A DNA stretch of 64,000 bases from Octopus sinensis (taxonomy: Eukaryota). The position numbers were made by a program, and so were the translations under genes. Below, piece after piece: positions 13,241 through 25,094 of this stretch. The stretch spans positions 28,520,001-28,584,000 of the forward strand of contig NC_043012.1 in NCBI RefSeq assembly GCF_006345805.1, written 5' to 3'. The first letter of the stretch is position 1, and every line of letters begins with the position of its first letter. The notes under the pieces are model-generated. The model made no database searches. It was not told the origin of the DNA and was given only the letters and a program-made list of their open reading frames with translations.

Positions 13241-14548
13241 CAGAAACACACACATACACACACTCATAAAATTGATAATATTGAAAACAGCAAAATGTAC
13301 ACATACGAAGTTCAAACGCGACTAAATGTAGTCAATATATGTGCAAAACATACCTTCTGTGGCATAGTTATGCTATAAAAATATGGAAAGTCACCAACTT
13401 AACAAACGTTAGTATGCGTCACCAATGTAAGAAAGTACACAAAGTCAACATTTGGAAGATGTACTAAATGGTATAAAAATTACGAATGAATGAATGTCAC
13501 GGGGAAGAAAGTGGAAGTCCAAGAAAATTCAGAAGGCATAATTCAATTTTTCATACAAAAATAATTTATTTTACAGTTTTGAAACGAACGCTAAATCAAG
13601 TGTATAGAAAGGAAGATGCAGTTGTTGTGAACGTTAATTTAAAATATTTGCTGAAGGATGTATGTAGCAAGATATAAATTAATTTGACATTACTACATAT
13701 TTTGTTTAATTGTGTAACGTTACAGGCTGTAGAATAAATACTGACTAACGCTGTAAAAAGGTTGTGTGGCGTTGATACGCACAGTAATGAAGAATTCAAG
13801 GACTGTTACAAAAACATTATCTTGAAACTGGTTAGGAGTGGAATAACGTTACTGTAACTATATGGAAAGAGCCGCTGAGGCTTTCTACTTCGCCAAGTTC
13901 CCGAATTTGTTATAAGCAGAATAACATTTTCTCAGATATATTTGCGAGTATTGTGAGTGGTGTTAATTCACTTCATGTTGGTAGTACGTGAAAGTGAACG
14001 TTGTTGTTCGTTTAAAGTCGAGGCCGCAACTAAACTTTCAATATCGGCGCGTTTCACAGTTGGGGGAGTTACATACATAAACTAAGACACACACACATAC
14101 ATTAACGCACACCTGAGGCCTATCTCTGTTCCTGTGTGTGTCTCTCTCTCTGTCTTTAGATGTGTGTGTGTCTGTGTGTGAGTTAGTCGTCACAAAATGT
14201 ATCTATACTGACAGACACATACACCGTCACACACATATACTTGTTAGTCATCTACTTGTTAGTCATCTACCTAACGTAGGTAACGAACGCGTGAACACAT
14301 TCATATAGAAAATGTGACGTCATCGTTGTTGTGGTGGTGTTGTAAAATGTCGCTTACCGTAGGTGACTAAAAGAAAAATGATAATGTTAAATTTTTGTAA
14401 TGCAAATATGGGAATGAAAATATAGTTTAGATGGTAGCCAAAAGTTTACTGAATTTTTTGATACCCCTTACGTCAAAATCGGCAACTCGGTTTTGGAATG
14501 TATAAGGAACAAGCGCGCGCGCAAACACACACGCACACACGAACTCTC

Positions 14549-14607
<59 letters not shown>

Positions 14608-14654
14608 ATGTGTATGTATATATATATATAGATATATGTTTGTATGTATTATTC

Positions 14655-14865
14655 CTCCTTTTCTTTATTTAAGTCATTTGACTGCAGCTATGCTGGGACA
14701 CCGCTTGAAGGGTTTTAATTGAAGAAACCGATTCCAGGACTTTCTTTTTAAAGCCCGGTACTTATTCTGTCGATATCTTTTGCTGAACCGCTATATTGCG
14801 GGAACGTAAACACACCAACACCGGTTGTGAAGCAGTGATGGAGGGACAAATATAAACACACACAC
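14655..14865 (+). mobile_element. SINE family B
   Basis: agtcatttgactgcagctatgctgggacaccgcttgaaggg..acaccaacaccggttgtgaagc, ends in (CA)n. Confidence 0.85.
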
Positions 14866-14889
14866 ACACACATATTGATCATACCTCGC

Positions 14890-16040
14890 ACGTAGCAATT
14901 TGGCATTTAATCTCCTTCAAAATAGTTCCTTTCGGAAGCCACACACTTAAACCAGTGCCGTTTTCATTGATGGAGGCATTCCCGGAACTCGTTTTCTGGG
15001 ATAATCAGCAGCTGCCTCGTCGCTTTCACTTTGATTTCCTCGACATCCTGAAATCTTCCTTTCAATCAGGATTTGATTTTTGGAAAGAGGGAAAAATCAC
15101 AAGGGCGAGATCTGGGGGAAAACGGTGGCTGTCAGACCTAGGGAATGCTGTGTCTATCCACAAACTGCTGCACCAGCTGCACTGAATGGGGAGATGTGTT
15201 GTCATGGTGCAATTGCCACTCACCGGACGCATGCAATTGTGGCCTTTTCCGACAAATAGCATTCCGCAAACATCACGGTAGTACTCCTTGTTTACTGCCT
15301 GACCAGGTGGAGCATACTCATGATGAACAATCTCCTTGTAGTCGAAGAAAACGGTCAATAATGTCTTATTCATTCGTGCTTTCTTCGGTCTCGGAGAGGT
15401 TGGGGTTTTTACTGCGAAAACTCTGCGTTTGTTTCGAGATCATAGCCATAGACCCATGTTTCATCACCCGTTATGACCGTTTTCAAAAAGTTTTCATCGT
15501 TCTCGACATAATCAAGATCTTGTGCAACTGAATCCCGAGTGCCGGTTTGGTCAGCTGAAAGCAGTTTTAACACAAACTTGGTAGACACTCTTCTCATAGC
15601 CAAATCTTCAGTGATAATGGACTGAATTGAACCGTAACTAATCTGCACATCCCCTGGTAACTCACGGATAGTGATTCGATGATTTCCCCTCACAGTTGCA
15701 CGCCCATCTGTGATGTAATTCTCAGTTCTGCTGGTTGGGAGTCTCCCAGAACGTTCATCAATATCGACATTTTTTCGGCCATCTTGGAATGTCTGAACCA
15801 CTCGTACTCTTGTGTGCAGCTCATACACTCATACTCTCCTCTCTATAGACTTTCTGCAACTTTGCGTAGGCGTCTGGTCAAGTATCGCCAAGCTTTTGTC
15901 AAAATTTGATGCAGATTCTATGCTCAACTTTGTCTTGGTCAATGTGACGATCACGCGTTACACGCGTTCATGCCAAGCACTGCTGTAAACAGCGGAAGTG
16001 AGCTAGAACTTTAAAGCTTAGTGCGCATGCACAGCAAAGT
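14890..16040 (-). pseudogene. Mariner (Tc1/mariner) transposase pseudogene
   Basis: KVEHRICIKF, ERSGR, ITGDETWVYGYD, LLTVFFDYK, HDNAP, PPDLA, YFEGD*; frameshifts; TIRs not identified. Confidence 0.9.
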
Positions 16041-16102
16041 TCAAGGTCAATCTGTGCCAAGTGGCTTCACTCTACGTATATATACATGTGTGTGTGTGTG
16101 TG

Positions 16103-16213
16103 TACGACAGGATTCATTCAGTTTTCGTCACTCAAATCCACTCACAAGGCTTTGGTTGGCCCGAGACTATAGTAGAAGACAATTACCCAAGGTGTGGTTG
16201 GGAAGCAAACTTC
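16103..16213 (-). mobile_element. SINE family A, 3' part (interrupted by 3.7 kb of inserts)
   Basis: aatccactcacaaggctttggttggcccgagactatagtagaagac..ccaaggtg tggttgggaagcaaacttc. Confidence 0.85.
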
Positions 16214-18239
16214 ATTATTTCATTAAATTTGCCATAAGGGTAGTACACAGACTAAGGAAGCTTGCAGGCTGGACACGGACATTAATGAGATGAATGATAA
16301 TGATACAAGGATGATAAGGATGGGAGAAGACAAAAAGTGCCCTCCGACTTTTGCTTCTCTAAAACATTGTTCTTTTTAAAATAGCATACTGAGGCAATAA
16401 ACGTCTTACATAGTTCAGTAAGACAAAACACATCAACGAGGCAATAATCCTCTTACTTTTTGCATTATAAAAGTCCTTTTGAGGCAATACACCTCTTACA
16501 CAAGAATACATTTATTTGCTTTTCTGTCCGACCGGGCTCCTCGCTTCTTCGAAGCACCTAGTCGGTTTCAAGCCGGACCACTTTGTCATAGATCTAAAGG
16601 AGTCCGCTGGGAAGGAATTCATTATCCTGCACAGATCGGTTTCCAATATTACCTCCGAGCCACCTGCGAATGCCACTCAGGGTTCTCCGTGCAGGCAGAA
16701 GCCCCTCCCACCGGCCTTTCCTTTCAAACTTCCTAACCAAGTTCTGCAATAACCCTTCCTTGTGAAAGAGGACCACAAATTGCTCCTCCAGTGCACACCC
16801 GCCGAAGGAGCATCGGGACACGCCGGCAGTGTGTCACAAACTGCCGGCAATATCCCGTTTTTCTTTTTTTCTTCTTTTTCCCTTGGCCCACGGGAGGATG
16901 GTGTTCTTCTACGTTGTCCTGCAGGTCCTCCCTTCCTCCCGCAGCCCTCGGGTCCTTCGTTTGCCCACTTTTCATTTTCTTCCTTTTTTAGAGGAGGTTT
17001 CCACCTCCTCGATTTCCTTCTTCTCTCCCTCCAATGAGCGAGCAGGGAGTGGTGCTTCTATTAACTGCTCCTGGACCCTATTTTGGTCCTTGGGGCAGTT
17101 CTTCTTGATATGGCCGGTTTCCAGGCACAGGTGACACTTGGGGGGAGGGGGCGTCCCTTGAGCATCACCGGATACCTAGACTTGGCCATCCTTAAAAAAT
17201 CTGGAAAAACCAGACTTTTGGCTGATTGGGTCCATAGGGTCAAAACTGCTTTTTACCCTTCCCAATCAGCCGCAGGCAATATTTTAACATCGAGCAGCTT
17301 GGTACTGCTACCACCCAGACCCCAGCGGATAGAATCCTCGATCCACCCGGGCTCAATTCCGAGTGGCAAACCGTAGATTCAATCCCTCGTCAACTTCTTC
17401 CCACAATAAGTGGGAAGGAACAGAATTTCACTGCCTTCCAGGGTCTGGCTTGCTAATTCCCAAGCTTCTTCGGGGGAGTCAAATAGCAACCACACCGTTG
17501 CATATTTGACCCCCCGTGAAACATATTTAATAGCTGGCATATACTCTGCCAGCTCTTTTATAATTATGGTTTTCGGGAAGACGGCTATGGTATCGAGGGA
17601 CTTGAAATAAGTCCTCAACACCACCGTCTTCCTTTCAAACTCTTCAAGCCGTGTTTTGGAAGGTGTTAATTCCCATTCAACAAATTTCTTTGCCATTTCA
17701 ACATAAGAGTCCAAATAAATTCCACAATTTTTTTTAATAATAAAGAAAGAAAAACAAAAAGAAAAACTTAACAGAAGGGAAGAAAAAATAAAAATAAACA
17801 GTTCAATACAGTTTTTTTCAAATAAATGATAGAAGAGAACGAGAGTTCTAAACACAGCAAAGAAAATTATTTTTCGGCCGTATGGTACTCCTGGCCTTCG
17901 CAGACAATCCTATGTGTAATCCTTGAAGTTATTTTTTCAAAAGACTTCCACGCAGGCACATAACAGTTCTTGAAAATAATTGAGAATTTAATTATTCTCA
18001 AAAACAATTAATTTGGAGACAACTCCACACAGTAGCTCTCACAATTATGTGAGAAAAACATACGTCTCTACCGCAGGCAAACAAAAAGCTCCGAATCCAG
18101 TGAGAACTCCTTGCTTGTACAAAAAAATAAAGCTTACAGACAACAAATCCCACTGGACTCAAAAAGCAAAAAGTCTTACCCTACAATAGAGCGTCTTTGA
18201 AATACAATTTTCGCCAGCGTGGCGACTTCAACGGTACAA
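16214..18239 (-). mobile_element. ORF1-only Tx1/L1-derived element (HAL1-like), unit 1, ORF frameshifted
   Basis: ATG near 17696 MAKKFVEWEL..VVLRTY..FDSPEEA..CHLCLETGHIKKNC knuckle; no APE/RT; 3' end TTTAATGAAATAA; flanked by target copies. Confidence 0.8.
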
Positions 18240-18253
18240 GGAAGACAAGCTTC

Positions 18254-19929
18254 TTTATTTCATTAAATTGGCCATATAGGCCTTACAAAGAGAAGCTTGT
18301 GGGCTGGACATGGACAAGATGAGATGAAATGAAACAAAATGATACGGATGAGAGGGATGTCGGCGCCCACCGACCGACAAACCCTCGAATACAAAGTTTC
18401 TTACAACAATTCTCTTTGTCAGGTCTCCCAAGCAAAGTGTCTTGCCGCCTGCAGACAACTCTGCATCGACAAGTCGGGGCCTGCAAAGAGGAAAGCAAAT
18501 TCTTCCTTGTCAAATGTCGCTGTGACCTTTGACAAAATTCTTTCCGTTACTACCTCCGCAGCCACCTGCTGCGGAGGCCATATCAGACTACTTGAGCAGA
18601 CCGAGTACACACGTTCTTGGTTACCCAAGCCGTCCCAAAATTTACTCACCGTCCCTCCCTCGTGGTAAAGGAGGACTAATACCTCCTCTTCACAGGAAGG
18701 GACCTCACACTGCTCCGTCAGTGGCACACTTCCCACTGACGGAGCCCTATCCGCAGGTGGCACACATCCCACCTGCGGCTCCGTCGGCGGCCCAGGAACA
18801 TCCGCCGACCGTCCTCTGCTCCTCTTTTTCCCCTTTCTTTTTGAGGCTGCGTCGACAGACACGGGTGGTCGCTCCAATGAGGGGACGGTGGGCACATTTT
18901 CTTTCTCATGCTCCAGGGCCTCACCACGGCCCCCTGAACAGTTCCTTTTGATATGGCCAGGCTCCAGGCACAGGTGACACTTGGGGAGGGTGCGTCCCTC
19001 AAGTATCACCGGGTACCTGTACCCGACCATTTTTTGGAAGTCCGGGAACATCATGTCTCCCACGGCCACCGGGGTCCACAGGGTCGAAGTTGCCTTTGAC
19101 ACCTCCCAGTCGACCGCGAGAGCAATCTTCACACTCAATAGCGTGGGACCGCTATCCCTCAGGCCTCGCCGGATGGTCTTCTCGATCCATCCTGCCTCCG
19201 TGTGGAGTGACTTGGAGTAGGTTCTCAACACCACTGTCCTATCTTCACGGTCTTTCAACCACTTTTTGGGCGGTATAATCTCCCACTCCAAAACTTTGTC
19301 TTTTTTCATTGCCATGTTTCTTTTTTTTTTTTTTGAAAATATATTCAAAATAAAACTTAAAAAGCGAGAAGAAAAAAGAAATCAAAAGAAAGTCACAATA
19401 AACAAAAAGGAGAAAGTCAAATAAAATTTAGAACAACACGGCAAAAAAATCTTCCGGCCATTCGGTACTCCCGGCCTAGGTTGAACCCGGAATACCACAA
19501 CTGGAACACAACTTCCACAAAAATTGATATACAAATTGTTCAATCTTCGGAGGCAAAGACACTCCCCCAAACAGCAGTTCTCACAATTATTTTAAAGTTC
19601 TTCAAAAGGCACAATACAAGCAATAATTCTCATAATTAAGTGAGAAAAATATTCACTCAACATAAACCGAAGACGAATACTCCCCCAAACAAAAATTCTC
19701 ACAATTCAGCGAGAAAAATTATTTGCCCCATGTAGGCTGAACCAGAATTCTGAATCCAGTAGGACTTCCTGCCTGTACAAAAACAATTCTCAACAAAAAT
19801 TCTCACTGGACCCAAAAAACAGAATCTTACCTTACAATGGAGCTTCAAACTTTTTCAATTCGAGACGGTTTCAAAAGCATGTCTCACCTCTTTGGTGCCG
19901 AACACCACAATTATTCGCACATGCGCAGT
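18254..19929 (-). mobile_element. ORF1-only Tx1/L1-derived element (HAL1-like), unit 2
   Basis: Shares 5' UTR blocks, ORF1 and 3' end TTTAATGAAATAAA with unit 1; no APE/RT. Confidence 0.82.
18419..19315 (-). CDS. Intact gag-like ORF1 (~298 aa from MAMKK) with CX2CX4HX4C knuckle and unassigned C-terminal domain
   Basis: Open frame in ORF track (18419-19348); YPVILEGRTLPKCHLCLEPGHIKRNC, K/R-rich linker, then EEEVLVLLYHEG.. Confidence 0.75.
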   Translation of the reverse strand: MAMKKDKVLEWEIIPPKKWLKDREDRTVVLRTYSKSLHTEAGWIEKTIRRGLRDSGPTLLSVKIALAVDWEVSKATSTLWTPVAVGDMMFPDFQKMVGYRYPVILEGRTLPKCHLCLEPGHIKRNCSGGRGEALEHEKENVPTVPSLERPPVSVDAASKRKGKKRSRGRSADVPGPPTEPQVGCVPPADRAPSVGSVPLTEQCEVPSCEEEVLVLLYHEGGTVSKFWDGLGNQERVYSVCSSSLIWPPQQVAAEVVTERILSKVTATFDKEEFAFLFAGPDLSMQSCLQAARHFAWET

Positions 19930-19960
19930 GGAAGCAAGCTTCTTACCTCACAGCCACGCT
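19930..19960 (-). mobile_element. SINE family A, 5' head
   Basis: Reverse complement gcgtggctgtgaggtaagaagcttgcttcc matches the heads at 37668, 44631, 51213. Confidence 0.85.
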
Positions 19961-20594
19961 TGTTTATGAATTTGTTTAGCAAGGTTCCTGATGTGAGATC
20001 GTGTGTTATGACAGATATTGTTATATTTCGGGGCGGTCATCTTTCCATGTTAAATAAACACACGCACTATATATTCGTTCTTCACTTGTCGTTATTGTTC
20101 ATATTCCCATTGTCTTATTTCCATTGTCTAGAAATCTTTCCTCACATATAACGACTCAGCGACGACTCTTACTAACTCCCACGTGTCCCCTCTCTTCTCT
20201 TTACTCCATTCTGGTTTTCTATAGTGTGTATCCTTATTTGCGCATGCGTTTGCATCTGTATCCGTGTCTGTGTGTGTGTGTGCACGTGCGCACACGGGTC
20301 TAAGTGCTTTGTGTCTTTGTTTTGTATGTGTATATGGGTTTGCTTACTATATTGCTTGTGACCGTGCCCTTTATATAGTTTTTTTCTTTTATTTACTTAC
20401 TTATCTCTATTACTTATATTTCATCACATGTATGTGTATGTCCGTTTTTTGTGTATGTATGTATGAGTTTATGTATTGTACTGTTTGTATCCGTACCTTT
20501 CTTTTTCTTCTGTCTTTAGTCATCGTGTTGCCTATTGTATTGATGGCTGTCATTGTTCCATGTATGAAGAACAACTGCATAGTAAGATGAACCC

Positions 20595-20602
20595 ACAGTT
20601 TA

Positions 20603-20678
<76 letters not shown>

Positions 20679-20765
20679 GTGTATTTGTATGTGTGTGTGT
20701 CTATGTATGTATATATGTATGTACGTACGTATGTATGTATGTATGTATGTATGTATGTATGTATG

Positions 20766-20797
<32 letters not shown>

Positions 20798-20822
20798 TGT
20801 ATATGTATGTATGTATATGTAC
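20595..20822. repeat. (TG)n/(TATG)n compound microsatellite
   Basis: Direct read. Confidence 0.95.
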
Positions 20823-20829
20823 ATATGTG

Positions 20830-23600
20830 TCGGACATCATGACGGCGACGCCGTCCGCTTAGACCAACATAGCCCTTCGGTATCCCAGATCGAAAAAGGT
20901 GCTTGTCAGCTCTTCCAGCTTCCGCAGTAGTTGCTCGAGATCCAGAGTTGACAGCAGGCAGCTTTGACAGACCGAGGGATACGAAACGGTTCCGATAGAT
21001 GACCGTTTACTTTGACCGCCGAACAGGTGCCGCTGTGCATTGCAGCAATCCAGCCTCTGTAAACAGGTCCGAAACCAGTCAATTTCAAGACCGCTTCCAA
21101 GTAGGTATGGTCGACCCTAATTGATCAGAGCTCCACCGAAATCAGCTTTAGTCCTAGCCCTCTCAATGATGTATCACATAATGTGGAGGTGATCGTGGAT
21201 AGATCAGTTCGGGATTGCTCATGTTTGCGTTTCCTCGACCAGACTACCAACGACACTTTAGCCAAAATCTTAAAAACACTAAGTTATTGGCCGAAAATTT
21301 CCCAGCATGTTCCCACTGTCGGCGTCTTCCTCGGCAGGATCCCCAGTTATGGTACTCATCTGCCAAGGAACCGCCAAACAAATCTGTTTTAAACACATAG
21401 AATTCATAGGGCAGACTATCCAAACCGGCCGATTATCGGCTTGTGAAATCGCTCACTGCCTTCCGTATTTCAGTGGGCGTTATCGACTTTTCATAGAACC
21501 TCGCGTCCAGCTACGAACTACTATCCGCTACTTTCGTCGACCCATTGCTCTTTCCAAACTGCCGCACGAAGTGCTGCTGGAAAGCCGCACACATTTATTC
21601 GGAACCGAGCAGCACGCGCCCATCCCGATTCGTCAAAGACCTGACCTTGATTTTGTTTCCACGTTGTGCCTCCACTGTTGTGCCTCCACTGTTGTGCCCC
21701 ATCGAACGTTTTTAGTTCCTTCAGCCTTTGTGTTTCCCTTCGAAGACATGTTTAAGGGCCGTTCTCACCGCTAGCACATCGGTCTTGAATAATCTCTTCT
21801 AATGTGTTAATGAGTTCTCCCTCTAATATATTTCTATTGCTAAAAAAACCAATAAACTTTGTTAAATGTTATCGATTCTACTCTAATCACTCTCTTCAGG
21901 CAATCCACCCCCGGTTGTTGAAGACTGCCCCCATTAACTGCCGCTTAACTAGTTCACTAATCCGGTGCCTGTCGTCTTTGCGCGCCTTCTAGTAACCGGG
22001 TCTTTGTCTACGGGAGCTATCTAAATCGATCGTGCAGGTCATAAATTTGTGGTCTGTGTAACCAACCAGTCTGAATTGCGGCAACCTATGCTATCCTTAT
22101 CCATTGACCTAGCAAATACTCTAAATATGATCTGAATGATACGTTGTTGTCGCGCCATGTCTACACTGGCGCATGAAGGAAATCCGGCCGATACCTGTCA
22201 GACAGTTGGAAGTTCCTGGGTAGGTTTTCTAGGCATTTGCACCCCGTCTGCTATTTACTAACCCCATATAGTCCTTCCGTGCATCCAAATACTATTCCAG
22301 TCCCCCATGCGTGCTAAAATGTGAGACGTTCCCAAGAATGTTACTAGACCCCTGAAGAAATCTATCCTTCCAGCCCCTACCATTCATATCTTGGACTACC
22401 AAACTGCTGCCCGGGTCGAAGAAGATTGCTTTAAGAGCCAAGTATTTTTGGAATAGGACTGCTACACCGCCGCCTGCTCCCGACAAACCACAAGATGAGA
22501 ATATCTCGTAGTCTTCGAAAATGGATGTTAGAGGAAACTTCCCCAAAATTGTTGTCTCACTAATGGTGGATTCGTCTAAATTAAGCGTGTAAGTGACCCT
22601 CCTTCCAAACCGAACTCAGGCCCAAAACATTTACACAGCTTGCTCTAAGTGTAACCAAATGGTTAGAAAGAAAAAGAAGTTATTTTCCTTCGTCTTCGTA
22701 GTTGACTGTTGAAACAACATTCTTTTTAGCTGAGAGGGAGTGGGGAAGAGTTTTTCTAGGAAACTTATTTTCGAGTACTTGCTAACCGTCCGATGAGCAG
22801 GGAGATTTAATTAAAAAAAAATTCCAGATGTGTATTCGTATCGGTTTGAATTAGCATTCTGTTTTCTGTTTGATGGAGTTTTCATAACCATCCCCAATTA
22901 TTTTTGTAGTTAATTACTTCCTCGAGAAATTCAATGTTGCTCAGAAGAATAACAGCGAAGTTGATGAAGGAAATAAGTACACGAGTGTATGATTGTTGAT
23001 CATTTTGTTTTACGGGTGTTTTTTTTTTTGTTTTCGTGAATTTTATTCGTTTGTGGTTGCGAAAGTCTTTGTAAAAGTGGGGTTTCTTTCTCTGGTGAAG
23101 ATGTTGATGTTGATGTTTTTAGTATTTGATTTTGTGACAGATTTTTCTACAGCACTGTCATGTTTTAGGGCCTTCAATTTGGACCGGCCTCTATTTATTT
23201 GAGTTTCAGTCTTCCACTTATCACACACGAAGGCCTTTTGGTACGATTTCAATGTCCTTAATTTCCTAACAATGTTTTTGCTTTTGTGAGGCATGAGACG
23301 GAGGAAAGAGGCAGATGTGAACTAGTGCTCTCACCTAATGTTTGAGGAAGGGACTTTTCTTTTGAATTTGGTAGTTACGGTGGATAATAACGAGTTTTTT
23401 TCCACAACGGGACAAAAGGTTTTAAGGTGGTTAATATTTCCATACACAAATCATTTGTGCTTTTTCCCCCTCTATAAACACCGGTATATGTTAGCATCCC
23501 CGAAACAGGAAAAATCAGGAATGCAATTTATTTCTTCTGGAGAAACTAGTATTTAGAATTCCTTAAGAATTCCAGTCCTATTGAGTTAAGACTCTTGCTG
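20830..23600 (-). mobile_element. Degenerate Tx1/L1-like LINE: ORF1 remnant, AP endonuclease, RT to the YADD region
   Basis: *FVYGNINHLKTFCP knuckle relic (~23410-23455), GGGVAVLF..FDPG (APE), DRVDHTYLEAVLKLTGFGP..VNGHLSEPF, LV*ADGV (decayed YADD). Confidence 0.8.
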
Positions 23601-23717
23601 GATCACTGTGAACCGGCACGTTCTTGACTCGAATTCGAGTCAACCTTTTAATCATACCCCCATGGGGAATCATTATAAAGGTCTGCCTTCTTGTTTGCTG
23701 TTGCATATAGCAGCTAC

Positions 23718-23955
<238 letters not shown>

Positions 23956-24046
23956 TTAAATTATTATAATTATAAACATAATTATAATTAGGGCTTGGTC
24001 GAATAAATATCTTGATTGCTAGTGCTCTGAAATTTATAATTGAAAT

Positions 24047-24115
24047 ACTATACTGATGATGGAAATAAGGTATGAGTTATTTTACATATCTTTAATTCAG
24101 AAACGCGTATATAGT
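24047..24115 (+). ncRNA. Type I hammerhead ribozyme (family 2)
   Basis: actata CTGATGA tgga.aaggtatg[loop]catatctt.ttca GAAA cgcg TA tatagt; 6-bp stem I, palindromic stem III ACGCGT. Confidence 0.85.
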
Positions 24116-24517
24116 TAATTAAAGCCGGGTGGATTCGTTATTTTTTCCTCTTTGCCTGTGTGAGTTGAGAGTATTGCTGTCTGAGAGATATCGTATGGTA
24201 GTAGAATAGTATCTAACTGCTATTTCTACATTTCGGTATGTGGTGAAGCAATTTTGAGAAGCCCTAATTATAATTATGTTTATAATTATAATACTTTTTG
24301 TAGAAGTTTACCGATAAAGGTTCTTTTAATATACCGAACTACTTGGTAAGATTATCAATTATAAATTGATTAATTAATTTTACCCTTTATTATTATTAAT
24401 ATATATATATATATATATTCATAAATGAGGGTGAAAAATTAGATATTAATTTAATAATACCATCAGTTTAACACCAAGTGGCCTAGCACATAAAAAACCA
24501 GGGAGACAATACAAATT

Positions 24518-25009
24518 TATACGTAAATATAAGAGAGTTACCGTTAAGTGGTTAACTCTAGTGCTAGAAATAGCTCCTTATTCTGGTATAGCCACCGAAG
24601 TTGTTTCCACAAAAGAAATAACATTACCTTCAACGTATGGAAAGCGAAATACAACGAAAAGATAAATTAATGCTGAACAATTGTTTCTTTATCAACATAA
24701 TATGCAATTATACTCACATATTTATCTATAAATCATCATCAGCATTTGTTTTCGATACAATGTATTAGAATAAATTGTATCGAAAACAAATGGTGCTGAT
24801 GATTTATAAATATGTGAGTATAATTGCATATTATGTTGATAAAGAAACAATTGTTCAGCATTAATTTATCTTTTCGTTGTATTTCGCTTTCCATACGTTG
24901 AAGGTAATGTTATTTCTTTTGTGGAAACAACTTTGGTGGCTATACCAGAATAAGGAGCTATTTCTAGCACTAGAGTTAACCACTTAACGGTAACTCCCTT
25001 ATATTTACG

Positions 25010-25013
<4 letters not shown>
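24518..25013. repeat. Near-perfect ~240-bp-arm foldback of a PLE-type end
   Basis: Left arm is the reverse complement of the right arm, centre ~24765. Confidence 0.9.
24789..24862 (+). ncRNA. Type I hammerhead ribozyme (family 3), GUU site
   Basis: aatggtg CTGATGA tttat.aatatgt[loop]gcatatt.ataaa GAAA caattg TT cagcatt; one stem I mismatch; mirror copy at ~24669-24748 on minus. Confidence 0.7.
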
Positions 25014-25086
<73 letters not shown>

Positions 25087-25094
25087 TATATAGC

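Noticed and set aside
13340-14050. Possible transposase or Helitron continuation
   Set aside because: No recognisable motif in any frame
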